The notes under the pieces were generated by a model. The model ran no database searches, was not told the DNA's origin, and was given only the letters and a program-made list of their open reading frames with translations. Position numbers and translations under genes: made by a program. DNA of 63,727 bases, filler included, from Welwitschia mirabilis (lineage: Eukaryota), in the NCBI GenBank assembly GCA_051453625.1. It is 5 parts of one record of this genome, joined end to end, with 100 filler letters (N's around TTAATTAATTAA, not from the genome) between each part and the next. Parts side by side here need not be neighbours in the genome. Positions count along the whole stretch, not along the records: positions 7,652 to 16,804 come from JBOZIK010000001.1; positions 16,905 to 31,487 come from JBOZIK010000001.1; 3 more parts are not named here. One strand, given 5' to 3'. Shown one piece after another: positions 10,997 to 25,527 of this stretch; the first letter of the stretch is position 1, and each line of letters starts with the position of its first letter.

Positions 10997-13900
10997 ACAA
11001 ACTACTCTAAACGTAATTTCTATTTGACTACCAAATCTCTATCACAAAGATCGGCCCTATATAACTTAAATAAGTTAAGGAAACTATTACTAATCTTAAC
11101 TAATGTAAGCTATTAAGTTGTTTAAATAGAATACGAAACATGCAATAATTTAATCTATGAAATGTAAAATGTAATTCAAGTTCCTAAACTAATGACTTCA
11201 GCCTTAACAAGGGTTGTCCTTAATAACTATATCACAAATGAAGCTGTTATGAAGTCATAAGTAATATAAACTATAAAGGATATGCACATGGATATAAAAG
11301 CTAAACGCATATTTTCATTAAAAGTTAAATCAACATTTTATTAAAAATTAGTAGCACTTAATGAAGGAGAAACCGTTCAACAATAAGGAAAACTCCTCTC
11401 TACAACTAACGAATGGATCTCCTAAGTTTTGATCTCTTATTAGGAAAATTTCTAATGCAATGAAGATGATAGAAATTGAGGGTGAAGGCAGTATTACTTG
11501 ATAATAATAAACTTAAAAATAGATAATTCTAATAGATGCATGAGAAATCCTAATATCATGTAGAAAGTGCATGAGATATTGCATAAGTTTGGTAAAGTTT
11601 AATACATTAACTAAAATTATATTGTCATCCTAGTTGTCATCTAGATGATGGTGGGGCAATTCCATGTAAAGAGAGTTCTATATTTAGCCTTCATGTTGGT
11701 CCAATCAACATCCTAGTCAACAAGAAAGTGGTGTCATCTTAGTCAGTTGTATAAATGATGGAGGAAATGATAGTTTTATTAAAGATATTTATCAAATAAG
11801 ATTGGCCTTGAAGCTCATTAATTCCTTCTAAAAATGTAAAGTATTAGAATTACTCTAAAATACCTTCAAATGTATTGGTATTTGTGCATTCCATGATTTT
11901 TTTCTTGACTCTTAATAATCATCATTTTATGTTTAAACCTACCTAAATCTCCTACAAAACTACTCAAAATATCCTATCAAGAACATATAATTTTGCATCG
12001 TAACATATTCCCCCACTTAACCTTGTTAGTTTTTAATAAAGTTGGTGAAAACTTATAATTTCAAATCAAATTGACTAAGATAAAACACTAACTAGGGATA
12101 TGTAATTTAAGTTTAGAAATTTCATTATGTAGGAGTAAATCTCAAAATCAAATAAATTGAAATGTTTTACCTTGATAGATGAAGTAACCATTAGGTTATC
12201 TAAAGTGTTATCCAGATGATTACGGGGATGACAAGCTCTTAAAAATCAATTTATGAAATCAATTTCCTACAATCATGCTCATTAGAGAATAAGATAAAAA
12301 CATTAAAACATTTAGCACATTAAAAAAATCAATATTGAATGTTTAAAACAAAAGAATCATCATAAGATATAATCATAGTAGTTTAGATAAGTGATGTGCA
12401 TGTACTGTGAGAAAAGGTAATAACTCAAAAATGATATTCATAGATTAAACATTAAATTTTTAAGCATAATCTACAAGAGAAATATATAAAAAGTAATCAA
12501 TCATAACATTATTCCCTTCATTCATAGTCTCATGAATTATTTGTATCATTCTTACAAGGAAAACAAACTACAAATATTTTATTGTTAAGTACCTAATTTA
12601 GTAAACAACATCTATAATGTATATCACTTAAATAATAGGCATACATAATTAGATTAGTACACTACAAATATGTCTCATAAAAATTTAAAAATAACCCTTT
12701 AAATTTTTTATTTTTTTTTTGTTATACTATCTCAAAAGATGTGTCCTACCCCCTTTTAGATGAATCAATACATCCCATATTATATTAACATAAGAAGGAA
12801 AAAGATGAAGACATACGTTAAGTACAAGTAAAAAAAATAGGTAGGCCTAGAAGGAGGATTCTATGTATGAAAAAAAGGATCAAATTTAGTGTGAGAAAGA
12901 TGAAACATGAAAATATAATTCTTTAGAAAGTATTTGTGTGTCACCTGCCTCATCATCTAGATGACAAAGAGGATGACAGGGCTTTTCAAAAGATTGAAAA
13001 AATTGGAATTATTAGCAGAATAATATAAGCTTAATTAACATCATGAAGGTTTTAAAAAGGTATGACAGAGTCTGAAAAATGGGAAATGGATAAGAATCAT
13101 AATAAATCAAGGCATGATAAAGGATGTGAATGCATCAAGATAAGGAAGATAAATGTATCATGAACTCACAGTTATTGAAAAATAGTATTGAATGCATCAA
13201 AACTCAAAAATAAAAAACTTGAAAAGATTCAAAAGAATAGATGAAAAAAATTAGCATCATAAACTAAGGAAATTTATTTACAAAAAAAAAACAACTTCTA
13301 TGAATAAAAACTATAAATGGAAATAAAAATTGATAAGGAAACTAATAAATGATCAAGTCCTAAGCATTTGTGATGAAAAGTATGAAAATAACTTTAAAAT
13401 ACCAAAGAAAATAACTAAGAAAAACAAAATAAAAATGGATAATTTAGGAACCTGTAGGAGATTATGTATGTATTATAAATTCAAACCTACAAAACCCTCA
13501 TAGAAGAAATCATAAAATCACCTGATTAATGTTGCATTACATGATGCAAAAACTTCATAAAGTACCACTTAAATAGATAGTGATGCCAAGAAACTAATGT
13601 TTTCAAATAATGAATAATAAGATTAAAATATGCTAGAAAGGAAATCACCTACTAACACCTTCAAACACATCCAAATCCTCAAAATTGAAATGATCATGTA
13701 GGAATATTATAAGCTCAATAAGTCTAAGGAAATAAGGAATGCTCTGATAACATGAAGAACACTACTAATTTAATATCCTTGAAGTTTATATTATTATTCC
13801 ATGATGAGAAGAGTGAAACCATAGTCAAAGAAGTAGGGACCTATTAAGCATGACCAATTGCCCCCCCCCCCCCGCCCCCCGCTAGNNNNNNNNNNNNNNN

Positions 13901-14091
13901 NNNNNNNNNNNNNNNNNNNNNNNNNNNNNNNNNNNNNNNNNNNNNNNNNNNNNNNNNNNNNNNNNNNNNNNNNNNNNNNNNNNNNNNNNNNNNNNNNNNN
14001 NNNNNNNNNNNNNNNNNNNNNNNNNNNNNNNNNNNNNNNNNNNNNNNTACAAAATAAATCCCATATGACCACACACTCATAAAGACAAAGA
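10997..14091 (-). mobile_element. Older Athila-like element, duplicated 3' segment (partial 3' LTR 10997-12005, PPT, non-coding region)
   Basis: The LTR starts TGTTACGATGC at 12005 after the PPT AAGTGGGGGAATA. The segment is colinear with 17056-18738 plus 20743-22105 and homologous to the LTR at 35274-36494. Confidence 0.85.
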
Positions 14092-17055
14092 GAGAATTTA
14101 TGAAGAAGTTCATGCTTTGAACTAAGGACCCTCTAACTGCACTTAAAATTATAACCAAAGATAAGTTCCCAATCACAATTTTCAACATAAGATGAATGAA
14201 CAACCTAACAATTTCCAAACACATTATCCCAACTCCCAACCTTACCGACATAGATTTTAATATTAAAACTTTTAATCTAACTATCAAAATAANNNNNNNN
14301 NNNNNNNNNNNNNNNNNNNNNNNNNNNNNNNNNNNNNNNNNNNNNNNNNNNNNNNNNNNNNNNNNNNNNNNNNNNNNNNNNNNNNNNNNNNNNNNNNNNN
14401 NNNNNNNNNNNNNNNNNNNNNNNNNNNNNNNNNNNNNNNNNNNNNNNNNNNNNNNNNNNNNNNNNNNNNNNNNNNNNNNNNNNNNNNNNNNNNNNNNNNN
14501 NNNNNNNNNNNNNNNNNNNNNNNNNNNNNNNNNNNNNNNNNNNNNNNNNNNNNNNNNNNNNNNNNNNNNNNNNNNNNNNNNNNNNNNNNNNNNNNNNNNN
14601 NNNNNNNNNNNNNNNNNNNNNNACTTAGCAATAAAAAGAAAAATTCTTCACAAAAGAAACCTGCTACCCCATGGCTTAATAGGCTTAATAAAAACCCTAT
14701 TTTTGATGATTACTTAAAAGTCTTAATGTAAAATGTGAGCATAAACTTACCTTTTTGGAAACTTTTGCAAGAAAATCCCAAATACTCTAAGTTATGGAAA
14801 GAACTAATCAGAAGAAAACAAAAACGAACTATTCCTAGTAAAGTCTTCCTAGCTTAATTTATTAGNNNNNNNNNNNNNNNNNNNNNNNNNNNNNNNNNNN
14901 NNNNNNNNNNNNNNNNNNNNNNNNNNNNNNNNNNNNNNNNNNNNNNNNNNNNNNNNNNNNNNNNNNNNNNNNNNNNNNNNNNNNNNNNNNNNNNNNNNNN
15001 NNNNNNNNNNNNNNNNNNNNNNNNNNNNNNNNNNNNNNNNNNNNNNNNNNNNNNNNNNNNNNNNNNNNNNNNNNNNNNNNNNNNNNNNNNNNNNNNNNNN
15101 NNNNNNNNNNNNNNNNNNNNNNNNNNNNNNNNNNNNNNNNNNNNNNNNNNNNNNNNNNNNNNNNNNNNNNNNNNNNNNNNNNNNNNNNNNNNNNNNNNNN
15201 NNNNNNNNNNNNNNNNNNNNNNNNNNNNNNNNNNNNNNNNNNNNNNNNNNNNNNNNNNNNNNNNNNNNNNNNNNNNNNNNNNNNNNNNNNNNNNNNNNNN
15301 NNNNNNNNNNNNNNNNNNNNNNNNNNNNNNNNNNNNNNNNNNNNNNNNNNNNNNNNNNNNNNNNNNNNNNNNNNNNNNNNNNNNNNNNNNNNNNNNNNNN
15401 NNNNNNNNNNNNNNNNNNNNNNNNNNNNNNNNNNNNNNNNNNNNNNNNNNNNNNNNNNNNNNNNNNNNNNNNNNNNNNNNNNNNNNNNNNNNNNNNNNNN
15501 NNNNNNNNNNNNNNNNNNNNNNNNNNNNNNNNNNNNNNNNNNNNNNNNNNNNNNNNNNNNNNNNNNNNNNNNNNNNNNNNNNNNNNNNNNNNNNNNNNNN
15601 NNNNNNNNNNNNNNNNNNNNNNNNNNNNNNNNNNNNNNNNNNNNNNNNNNNNNNNNNNNNNNNNNNNNNNNNNNNNNTTGTATTTATAGGAAGATATATT
15701 TTTTCTTATGTTTTTTTTTTTTTTTTTTTAATGATAGCTAAATCTTAAGTTATTAAGGAGTGTTCTTTTCTATCTTGTACTTGACTTATTCATCTTAGTC
15801 TTTCTTAAGTATGTGATCCCATGGGAATTATCATTTTTTATCAAAAAAAATAAAAAAAAATGAAAAGCATGATGTCCTACCACAAGTACACCGGGGCAAA
15901 TATTTCTAAAAGGAGCCTTTGGCAGTGTAATATGGTAGNNNNNNNNNNNNNNNNNNNNNNNNNNNNNNNNNNNNNNNNNNNNNNNNNNNNNNNNNNNNNN
16001 NNNNNNNNNNNNNNNNNNNNNNNNNNNNNNNNNNNNNNNNNNNNNNNNNNNNNNNNNNNNNNNNNNNNNNNNNNNNNNNNNNNNNNNNNNNNNNNNNNNN
16101 NNNNNNNNNNNNNNNNNNNNNNNNNNNNNNNNNNTTTTGACCTCCATTGTTCTACACTCTCAAAACCTTAGATATCATCATAACCACTACCCTTTCGAAT
16201 GAAATTTATCAAGTTAATACATTTTGTCATGCATCATTAATCAGGTAATGTTATGCTATTTTCCTTTGGAGTTTAATACGTTAGTACTTAGGATAGGTAA
16301 ACATTCTTCTTCTTATTTCTTATGTCTATTTCTCCTCTGCTTTTGTTCTATTTTTATGTCTACTATTTTTTAGTCATTTTTGTATTTTCTTTTCTTAGGA
16401 CTTTACTTGTTTCATAGTTTTCATTCCAGTCGTTGTTGCACTTTTTCATTTTCCTTAAGTTTATGCAATTTGGGATGCATTGCACATTTTAAGGAGGGGG
16501 TAGGATACACATATAATTTCAGTATTGCATATTTCTGATATAATTTTTTTGATTTTAAATACATGATTGTATATTTCTGAAATAGAATTATTTGATTTAT
16601 GATAATCATATTTTTATTTGACATTTTATCATAATGAGGATCTAATATTAATGCAAAATCTGATTTTTGTCACAGGTTCTAGATCCTGAAAATCTTTTGA
16701 GGAACTTGTCATTCCTAATATTGTTTGGACAACATACCGGATAACAAACATTAGGTACTAATATAGGTATTTATTTAGTTTTTAAATTTTCAAAAATTTA
16801 GTTCNNNNNNNNNNNNNNNNNNNNNNNNNNNNNNNNNNNNNNNNNNNNTTAATTAATTAANNNNNNNNNNNNNNNNNNNNNNNNNNNNNNNNNNNNNNNN
16901 NNNNTAAAATTAACTCTTGGTTAGCCATACCATTGGCCTTCGATGGAATTACGACATTCGGATTATTTCGTCTATACTAGCATGCTATATTTGTGCATCT
17001 TATTATAATTAATAGGATTTAAATCAAGGTGTGAAAATAAATTCATACCATGATA
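14092..17055 (+). mobile_element. Second copy of the plus-strand Athila-like element (gag C-terminus, 3' region, LTR end), gapped
   Basis: About 14730-14850 translates NVSINLPFWKLLQENPKYSKLWKELIRRK, an Athila-type pre-protease motif. 15678-16804 matches 8215-9340, and 16905-17055 matches 10845-10996. Confidence 0.8.
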
Positions 17056-18738
17056 GAAAACTACTCTAACATAATATCTATCTAACTATCAAATCTCTGT
17101 CACAAAGATCGACCCTATATAACTTAGATAAGTTAAGGAAACTATCACTAATCCTAACTAACGTAAGCTATTAAGTTGTTTAAATAGAATATGAAACATG
17201 TAATAATTTAATCTATGAAATGAAAAATTTAATTCAAGTTCCTAAACTAATGACTTCAGCCTTAACAAGGGTTGTCCTTAATGAGTATATTACAAATGAA
17301 GCTATTATGAAGTCATAAGTAATATAAACTATAAAGGATATGCACATGAATATAAAAACTAAATTCATATTTTTATTAAAAGTTAAAACAACATTTTATT
17401 AAAAATTAGTGGCACCTTAATGAAGGAGAAACCATCCAACAATAAGGAAGACTCCTCTCTACAACTAACAAATGGATCTCCTAAGCTTTGATCTCTTATT
17501 ATGAGAATTTCTAATGCAATGAAGATGATCGAAATTGAGGGTGAAGGCAATATTTCTTGATAAAAACAAACTTAAAAATAGATAAGATGCATAAGAAATC
17601 CTAATAACATGCAGAAAGTGCATGAGACATTGCATAAGTTTGGTAAAGTTTGATACATTAACTAAAATTATATTGTCATCCTAGTTGTCATCTAGATGAT
17701 GGTGGGGGCAATTCCATGTAAAGAGAGTGCTATATTTAGCCTTCATGTTGGTCCAATCAACATCCTAGTCAATAAAAAAGTGGTATCATCTTAGTCTGTT
17801 GTATAAATGATGAAGGGAATGATAGTTTTATTAAAGATATTTATCAAATAAAATTAGCCTTAAAGCTCATTAATTCCTCCTCAAAATGTAAAGTATTAGA
17901 ATTACTCTAAAATATCTTCAAATGTATTGGTATTTGTGCATTCCATGATTTTTTTCTTGACTCTTAATAATCATCATTTTATGCTTAAACCTATCTAAAT
18001 ATTCTACAAAACTACTCAAAATATCCTATTAAGAAGATATAATTTCGCATCACAACATATTCCCCCACTTAACCTTGTTAGTTTTTAATAAAGTTGGTGA
18101 AAACTTATAATTTCAAATCAAATTGATTAAGATAAAATAATAACTAGGGATATGTAATTTAAGTTTAGAAATTTCATTATGTAGGAGTAAATCTCAAAAT
18201 TAAATAAATTAAAATGTTTTACCTTGATAGATAAAGTAGTTATTAGATTATCTAGACTGTTGTCCAGATGATTACAGGGATGATAAGCTCTTAAAAATCA
18301 ATTTGTAAAATCAATTGCCTACAATCATGTTCATTAGAGAATAAGATAAAAACACTTACTTGTGCATTAGCTCCCCCACTTAAAACATTTATCACATTAA
18401 AAAAATAAAGATTAAATGTTTAAAACAAAAGAATCATCATAAGATATAATCATAGTAGTTTAGATAAGTGATGTGCATATACTATGAGAAAAGGTAATAA
18501 CTCAAAAATGGTATTCATAGATCAAACATTAAATTTTTAAGCATAATCTACAAGAGAAATATATAAAAAGTAATCAATCATAACATTATTCCCTTCATCC
18601 ATAGTCTTATGAATTGTTTGTATTATTCTTTCAACGAAAACAAACTACAAATATTTTATTGTTAAGTACTTGATTTAGTAAAAAACATCTATAATGTATA
18701 TCACTTAAATAATAGGCATTTATAATTAGATTAGTACA

Positions 18739-20642
18739 TGTTGCGATGTGTATTTGTGCAATAGTTCACATTTCAATTTCAATCCTATTAATTATAATAA
18801 GNNNNNNNNNNNNNNNNNNNNNNNNNNNNNNNNNNNNNNNNNNNNNNNNNNNNNNNNNNNNNNNNNNNNNNNNNNNNNNNNNNNNNNNNNNNNNNNNNNN
18901 NNNNNNNNNNNNNNNNNNNNNNNNNNNNNNNNNNNNNNNNNNNNNNNNNNNNNNNNNNNNNNNNNNNNNNNNNNNNNNNNNNNNNNNNNNNNNNNNNNNN
19001 NNNNNNNNNNNNNNNNNNNNNNNNNNNNNNNNNNNNNNNNNNNNNNNNNNNNNNNNNNNNNNNNNNNNNNNNNNNNNNNNNNNNNNNNNNNNNNNNNNNN
19101 NNNNNNNNNNNNNNNNNNNNNNNNNNNNNNNNNNNNNNNNNNNNNNNNNNNNNNNNNNNTCCTCAATGGAGGATACGCCATTTAACACCAAGATAACGTC
19201 TCTCTGGATTACAAGATGATTCTCCGGTCCTAAGATCTCTTATTACGAGAATGTCAGGTACTGTCAAAGATGATTAGAAATCAAGGGGGAGACCTTTATT
19301 TATAGGCAGAAAAGGAAAAGAGACTAATAGAAAAGAATAACATAAACTCTAGCTAACATGAAAGGGAAACTCGCAATTAATAAGTGATAACTTGGGAATA
19401 CAATCTGTGAAAGTGTCAGAGGACAGTGTCATCCAGGTTGTCGTCCAGCCGATTAAGGAGACAACAGGATTTTATAATGAGATATCTAGTTTGCTTCTAG
19501 TTTAACTCTCTGTAATCTTCATGCAAACTGTTATCGACTAAAATTAGAGATGTCGTCCACTAGTGTCGTTTGGACGATGAGATGGACGATGGAGTCTGAT
19601 GGAAAGATATTCACTTCAATTGCAAGTTGTCTAGAATTAAGTCTATATTCTGTTGAATTAGGGTTATCGTCTTGACAATCGTCTGGATGACATAGGGGAT
19701 GACAGTCTTCTNNNNNNNNNNNNNNNNNNNNNNNNNNNNNNNNNNNNNNNNNNNNNNNNNNNNNNNNNNNNNNNNNNNNNNNNNNNNNNNNNNNNNNNNN
19801 NNNNNNNNNNNNNNNNNNNNNNNNNNNNNNNNNNNNNNNNNNNNNNNNNNNNNNNNNNNNNNNNNNNNNNNNNNNNNNNNNNNNNNNNNNNNNNNNNNNN
19901 NNNNNNNNNNNNNNNNNNNNNNNNNNNNNNNNNNNNNNNNNNNNNNNNNNNNNNNNNNNNNNNNNNNNNNNNNNNNNNNNNNNNNNNNNNNNNNNNNNNN
20001 NNNNNNNNNNNNNNNNNNNNNNNNNNNNNNNNNNNNNNNNNNNNNNNNNNNNNNNNNNNNNNNNNNNNNNNNNNNNNNNNNNNNNNNNNNNNNNNNNNNN
20101 NNNNNNNNNNNNNNNNNNNNNNNNNNNNNNNNNNNNNNNNNNNNNNNNNNNNNNNNNNNNNNNNNNNNNNNNNNNNNNNNNNNNNNNNNNNNNNNNNNNN
20201 NNNNNNNNNNNNNNNNNNNNNNNNNNNNNNNNNNNNNNNNNNNNNNNNNNNNNNNNNNNNNNNNNNNNNNNNNNNNNNNNNNNNNNNNNNNNNNNNNNNN
20301 NNNNNNNNNNNNNNNNNNNNNNNNNNNNNNNNNTAACGAAAAGGAAAAATGACTTGAAGGGAAAAAACTACGAAACGACTAAACTAGGAAAGAAGAAAAG
20401 GGGAAAAAATGACTAAAAAATGATAGACATAAAAACAGAAGAAAAGCAAGAGGGAAATAGACACAAGGAACATGGAAAAGATTGTTTTACCTAGTTTAAG
20501 TACTGACTTAGCAAATTCCAAAGGAAAACATCATAACATTACCTGAGTAAAGATACATGACAAAATGAATTAACTCGATAAAGTTCATTCAAAAGGGCAA
20601 TGGTTATGGTGATATCCAAGGTTTCAAGTATGTAAAACAATA
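18739..20642 (-). mobile_element. Later Athila-like insertion (3' LTR and 3' internal region), present only in duplicate copy 2
   Basis: Begins TGTTGCGATGTG, the reverse complement of the LTR end. 19160-19711 is the reverse complement of the LTR body and 20334-20642 of about 8690-9000. The equivalent site at about 12661 is empty. Confidence 0.8.
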
Positions 20643-22008
20643 NNNNNNNNNNNNNNNNNNNNNNNNNNNNNNNNNNNNNNNNNNNNNNNNNNNNNNNNNN
20701 NNNNNNNNNNNNNNNNNNNNNNNNNNNNNNNNNNNNNNNNNNAAGATGTGTTCTACCCCCTTTTAGATGAATCAATACATCCCATATTATATTAACATAA
20801 GAAGGAAAAAGATGAAGACATACATTAAGTACAAGTAAGAAAAATAGGTAGGCCTAGGAGGAGGATTCTGTGCATGAAAGAAAGGATCAAATTTAGTATG
20901 AAAAAGATAAAACATAAAAATATAATTCTTTAGAAAGTATTTATGTATCACCTGCCTCATCGTCTAGATGACAAAGAGGATGACAGGGCTTTTCAAAAGA
21001 TTGAAAAAATTGGAATTATTAGCAAAATAATATAAGCTTAATTAACATCATGGAGGTTTTAAAAAGGTATTACAAAGTCTAAAAAATGGGAAATGGCTAA
21101 GAATCATAATAAATCAAGGCATGATAAAGGAGGTGAATGCATCAAGCTAAGGAAGATAAATGTATCATGAACTCACAATTATTGAGAAATAGTATTGAAT
21201 GCATCAAAACATAAAAAAAAAATGAAAGAATACTAAACTTAAAAAGATTCAAAAGAATAGATTAAAAAAATTAGCATCATAAACTAAGGAAATTTATTTA
21301 CAAAAAAAAAAAAAACAACTTCTATAAATAAAAACTATAAATGGAAATAAAAATCGATAAGAAAACTAATAAATGATCAAGTCCTAAGCATTTGTAATGA
21401 AAAGTATGGAAATAAATTTAAAATACCAAAGAAAATAACTAAGAAAAACAAAATAAAAATGGATAATTTAGGAACATGAAGGAGATTATGTATGTATTAT
21501 AAATTCAAACCTACAAAACCCTCATAGAAGAAATCATAAAATCACCTAATTAATGTTGCATTACATGATGCAAAAACTCTATAAAGTACCACTTAAATAG
21601 ATAGTGATACCAAGAAACTAATGTTTTTAAATAATGAATAATAAAATTAAAATATGCTAGAAAGGAACTCACCTACTAACACCTTCAAACACATCCAAAT
21701 CCTCAAAATTAAAATGATCATGTAGGAATACTATAAGCTCAATAAGTCTAAGGAAATAAGAAATGCTCTGATAGCATGAACAAAACTACTAATTTAATAT
21801 CCTTAAAGTTTATATTATTATTCCATGATGAGAAGAGTAAAACCATAGTCAAAGAAGTAGGGACCTATGAAGCATGGCCAATTGCCTCCCCAGTGAAGTT
21901 CCCATAGCTACCAAAACTGCAAAAGGTCCCTCTCAGGAAAATTTACCCCAGTGCAATAAGAAATCATGGTGACCATGTATTTAGCATAGAAACAAGACAT
22001 AATGGTCA

Positions 22009-22046
22009 TTCTTCTTCTTCTTCTTCTTCTTCTTCTTCTTCTTCTT
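22009..22046. repeat. (TTC)n microsatellite
   Basis: About 12 perfect TTC units. Confidence 0.95.
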
Positions 22047-23603
22047 TTTTTGTAATACTCCTACAAAATAAATCCCATATGACCACACACTTATAAAGAC
22101 AAAGATGAAGAAATGAGATGAAAAACAAGGAAAGAAGGCTCCTAAATAATCAAATACCTACCTCATGAAGAGAAAACACAAAAACTAAAAGCATCTTCCT
22201 TTAAAATAAAGTTCATATACATTTGAATGTCTTAAGATTAGGTGAATCCCATCTTATTACTTTAATGCCTAAATAAAAATTTCTAGTCATGATAACTTCA
22301 TAAAGTAAAACATAAATCAAGTTTCAAAGATGTTTAAGTGATATTAAGAGAACTCTTAAAACAATTGCTTCTATCATGTTCAAGATCTTTTGATAATTCA
22401 TGGATTTGTAACCTTCGTTCGTCTTTTTAAATTTCCCTAGTGTTCAAATCAAAAATCTTAACTAAGCCAATAAAAATGTAGTTTCTCTAGTAGATAAGAC
22501 CTAATCATCAAGAAATTAATTTATTTCTAATAAAAACCAAAGATAAAAACATAAGAACATAAAATAAAAATAAAATACAAAAGCAAACTAGAAACAAATT
22601 TTATTCAAATCCTAAATTATATTCAACGCTTTATTTACAAGAAAGAAAAAGAAAAAGAAAGAGGAATTTATTCAAATCTTAGGGTAATGTACTTTCTTAG
22701 AAAAATAAGGATCAAACTAAACAAAGATCAATTAATAAAACATAAAAAGCACATATGCATAACAAAATAACATTTCGACTCCAAATAATTTAATTGCAAT
22801 ATGAGAGAGAAAAAAGGTAGATAATTCATGGAAGAATAATTTCTTATCAAACACATGATATGACAATTCCATTTATACATTTTATTTAAAGATTCATATT
22901 AAGGATGAAAAAGATTATTGGTATTATTAAGAAGAAAATTTTTTGTAGAAAATTTCTTAAGATGAATGATTGTGGTAGGTTTAACATACTTAATAAGTTC
23001 CATAAGTTTTATATTGAAGTATGAATTATCCAAAAGATAAGATTTTCTACAATTTTATAGTCCAAGATTTCTCAAGTCATACTTTTGAAAATATTTGTCA
23101 TTAGAAGCTAAAGTGAACTTAGTAGAAAACAAAAAGATGTTTTTTTTGAATATTTGTATGAGAATAGGATGGTGAAACATAGGTAGACCTTTTGAGTTGG
23201 ATTGTTGATTTAAAAAGGATAGGTATACACTTCATTATGTTTGGTTGAAATTATATAGATATTTTAGTATTCCTCCTCTTCTCATTATTGTTTTTGTTCT
23301 TACTATGTTGAATATTTTCTTCTCTTTTTTGATTAATAGCTGTATCTTTCTTTTTTCATTATTCATATTTTTGTTTTATTAATTTGTGATTTTTTTAACT
23401 ATCATCCTATAATATTGTCTAGACAACAAGGATGGATAATGAGAATTATAATAGAAATTTTTAATTTACTTCACATTTTGGACTTCTTTCCTATTAATAC
23501 ATTTTATTTCTTTGTCCTCATGATTAAAACTATTTATTTCTATTATATTTCTATATAAAGTTAAATCTTGTATTGCTTTTAATCTCATGTTAACTAGGTA
23601 ACG

Positions 23604-24010
23604 TTAAATAAATAAAGCTGGTTTGGCTCTTTTTTCTAAGTTTTCTTCATTACATATAACTTTTTTTGCAACATTAAAAACTCTAATAGTGTACCTCTTA
23701 TTACCAATGTGACATTCTATTAATATAGTTTGTATGTCTATGATGTAGTAAGTAGTTGCATAAAAGGCTCTTATTAAAAGTAGTGGGTAACTTCTATCAT
23801 GTTGTACTTTAACTATAACCACATCTATAGGGTATAATGCTTCTTCTATTTGGATAACTAAGTTTTTAATAATTTCAATAAGTTTCCTAGTTGATGTTTT
23901 AACTAATTTTATAGTGATTTGTATAGGTTTAATTCTTTCTTCTAACCAAAGTCTTTTACAAACATGAAGAGGCATGATGTTTACACTTGATCCTATGTTA
24001 ATTAAAGCTT
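23604..24010 (-). pseudogene. Gypsy (Athila-like) aspartic protease remnant
   Basis: KALINIGSSVNIMPLHVCKRL...YPIDVVIVKV...YPLLLIRAFYAT (cf. ALxDLGASVNxMP...PVDFVV...PLILGRPFLAT). The catalytic D has decayed to N. Confidence 0.85.
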
Positions 24011-24120
24011 TTTTGATTTTATTATTTCATTCTAAAGTAATATTTAATGTAGCTACCCTAGGATCTTTAAATTTATATGCTTTATTCATGACTAAGTTAG
24101 AAACGGGTTGTGTAAGAAAA

Positions 24121-24945
24121 ACTCTACTAGGGATAGTACATTTTTATTTTCTTCTAACTAGGTCTTTCCACAACTTAGCATACTTAGGATTTTCTTGCAA
24201 GAGTTTCCAAAAGGGTAATTTGATACTAACATCTTACATTAAATCTTTTAAGTGTTCAACAAAAATAGTATTTGCATTTAGTCTATTAAGTAAAGGGGTA
24301 GCTTGTCTTTTCCTTTTATTTTTTTGTAAAGGCTCATCTAAAGTTGAAGGAAAATTATATGATCCTAAGATTTCTATATCATCCTCCTCCACATCTTCCT
24401 CATCATTTTTATAAGTTTAATTTTCATGGATAGGTGTTGGTGTACCAATTATTTTGCAATATCCTTATAGTTCATTTGGATTTAGAAAAGGTTGAGTTGC
24501 AAGATATCCTTATGGTATTAAGTTAGAAATGAATTATGCAAGGAATACTCTACTAGGAATAGTACATTTTTGTTTTCTTTTAACTAGGTTTATTCAAAAC
24601 TTAGCATACTTAGGATTTTATTATAAGAGTTTTCAAAATGGTAAGTTAATACTAACATCTTGCATATAAGCTTTTAAGTGTTTATTAAAAATAGGATTTT
24701 TATTTAGTCTATCAAGCTAGAGGGTAGCTTGTCTTTTCCTTTTATTTTTTCATAAAGGCTCATCTAAAGTTGAAGGAAAATTATATGCTTCTAAGATTTC
24801 TAAATCCTCCTCCTCATCACCTTTCTTGTTATTTTTAGAATTTGAAGTTTTATGGATATGTGGTGGTGTATCAACAATTTTTTAATCTTTTTTTACTTCA
24901 TTTGGATTTAAAAAATGTTGAGTTGTAAGAGATCCTTATGATCCT
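24121..24945. repeat. ~426-bp tandem duplication within the gag-protease linker
   Basis: ACTCTACTAGG(G/A)ATAGTACATTTT occurs at 24121 and 24547 with colinear downstream sequence. Confidence 0.9.
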
Positions 24946-25527
24946 TAAAATGCTGATATTATTTATTGGAACACATTAATTAAATTTTCAATCTTTGTAT
25001 TAGTTTTTGTCAACTCTTTCATTTTGTTCATAATTAGATCATTTTGATTTTGATGTTGAAAATTTAAAGAGCTTGCTTGGGAGTTATTTTGTTAGAAGAT
25101 TAAATTATTTGGTCTATTCTCAAAAGATTTCCAATTATTTTACCCACTTATTTGGTATTTGATTAAAAGTGCATACTTCTTCAAGTATTTTCTCTTTACA
25201 TGCTTTAGTAATAAGGGAAATTTTTTATTACATAAGAGTTATTTTCACGTATATCACATGTTGATGTTATGTTTTTCTCATTTGATACTTTTACATCTAT
25301 AATTATTTGAGTGTATTTCTTCAAAGAAGTAGTAAAATCCTTAATCACATTTGTTAAATTATTTTTATCTTCTTCTTTATCATGTTTTTATTCTTTTAAG
25401 TCTTTTATTATTTAATCTACAATTTGATTTTCTTTTAAAGTTAGTTTAGAACAAGTTTGACTAATTTTAACAAGATCTTCTAATAACATCTATGCATTTT
25501 CTAAATCTAAATTTATTAAGTTATCAT

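Noticed and set aside
13794..20775. Long ORFs in the supplied track, also 28924-30283
   Set aside because: Their length comes from runs of N translated as X. They are not real genes.
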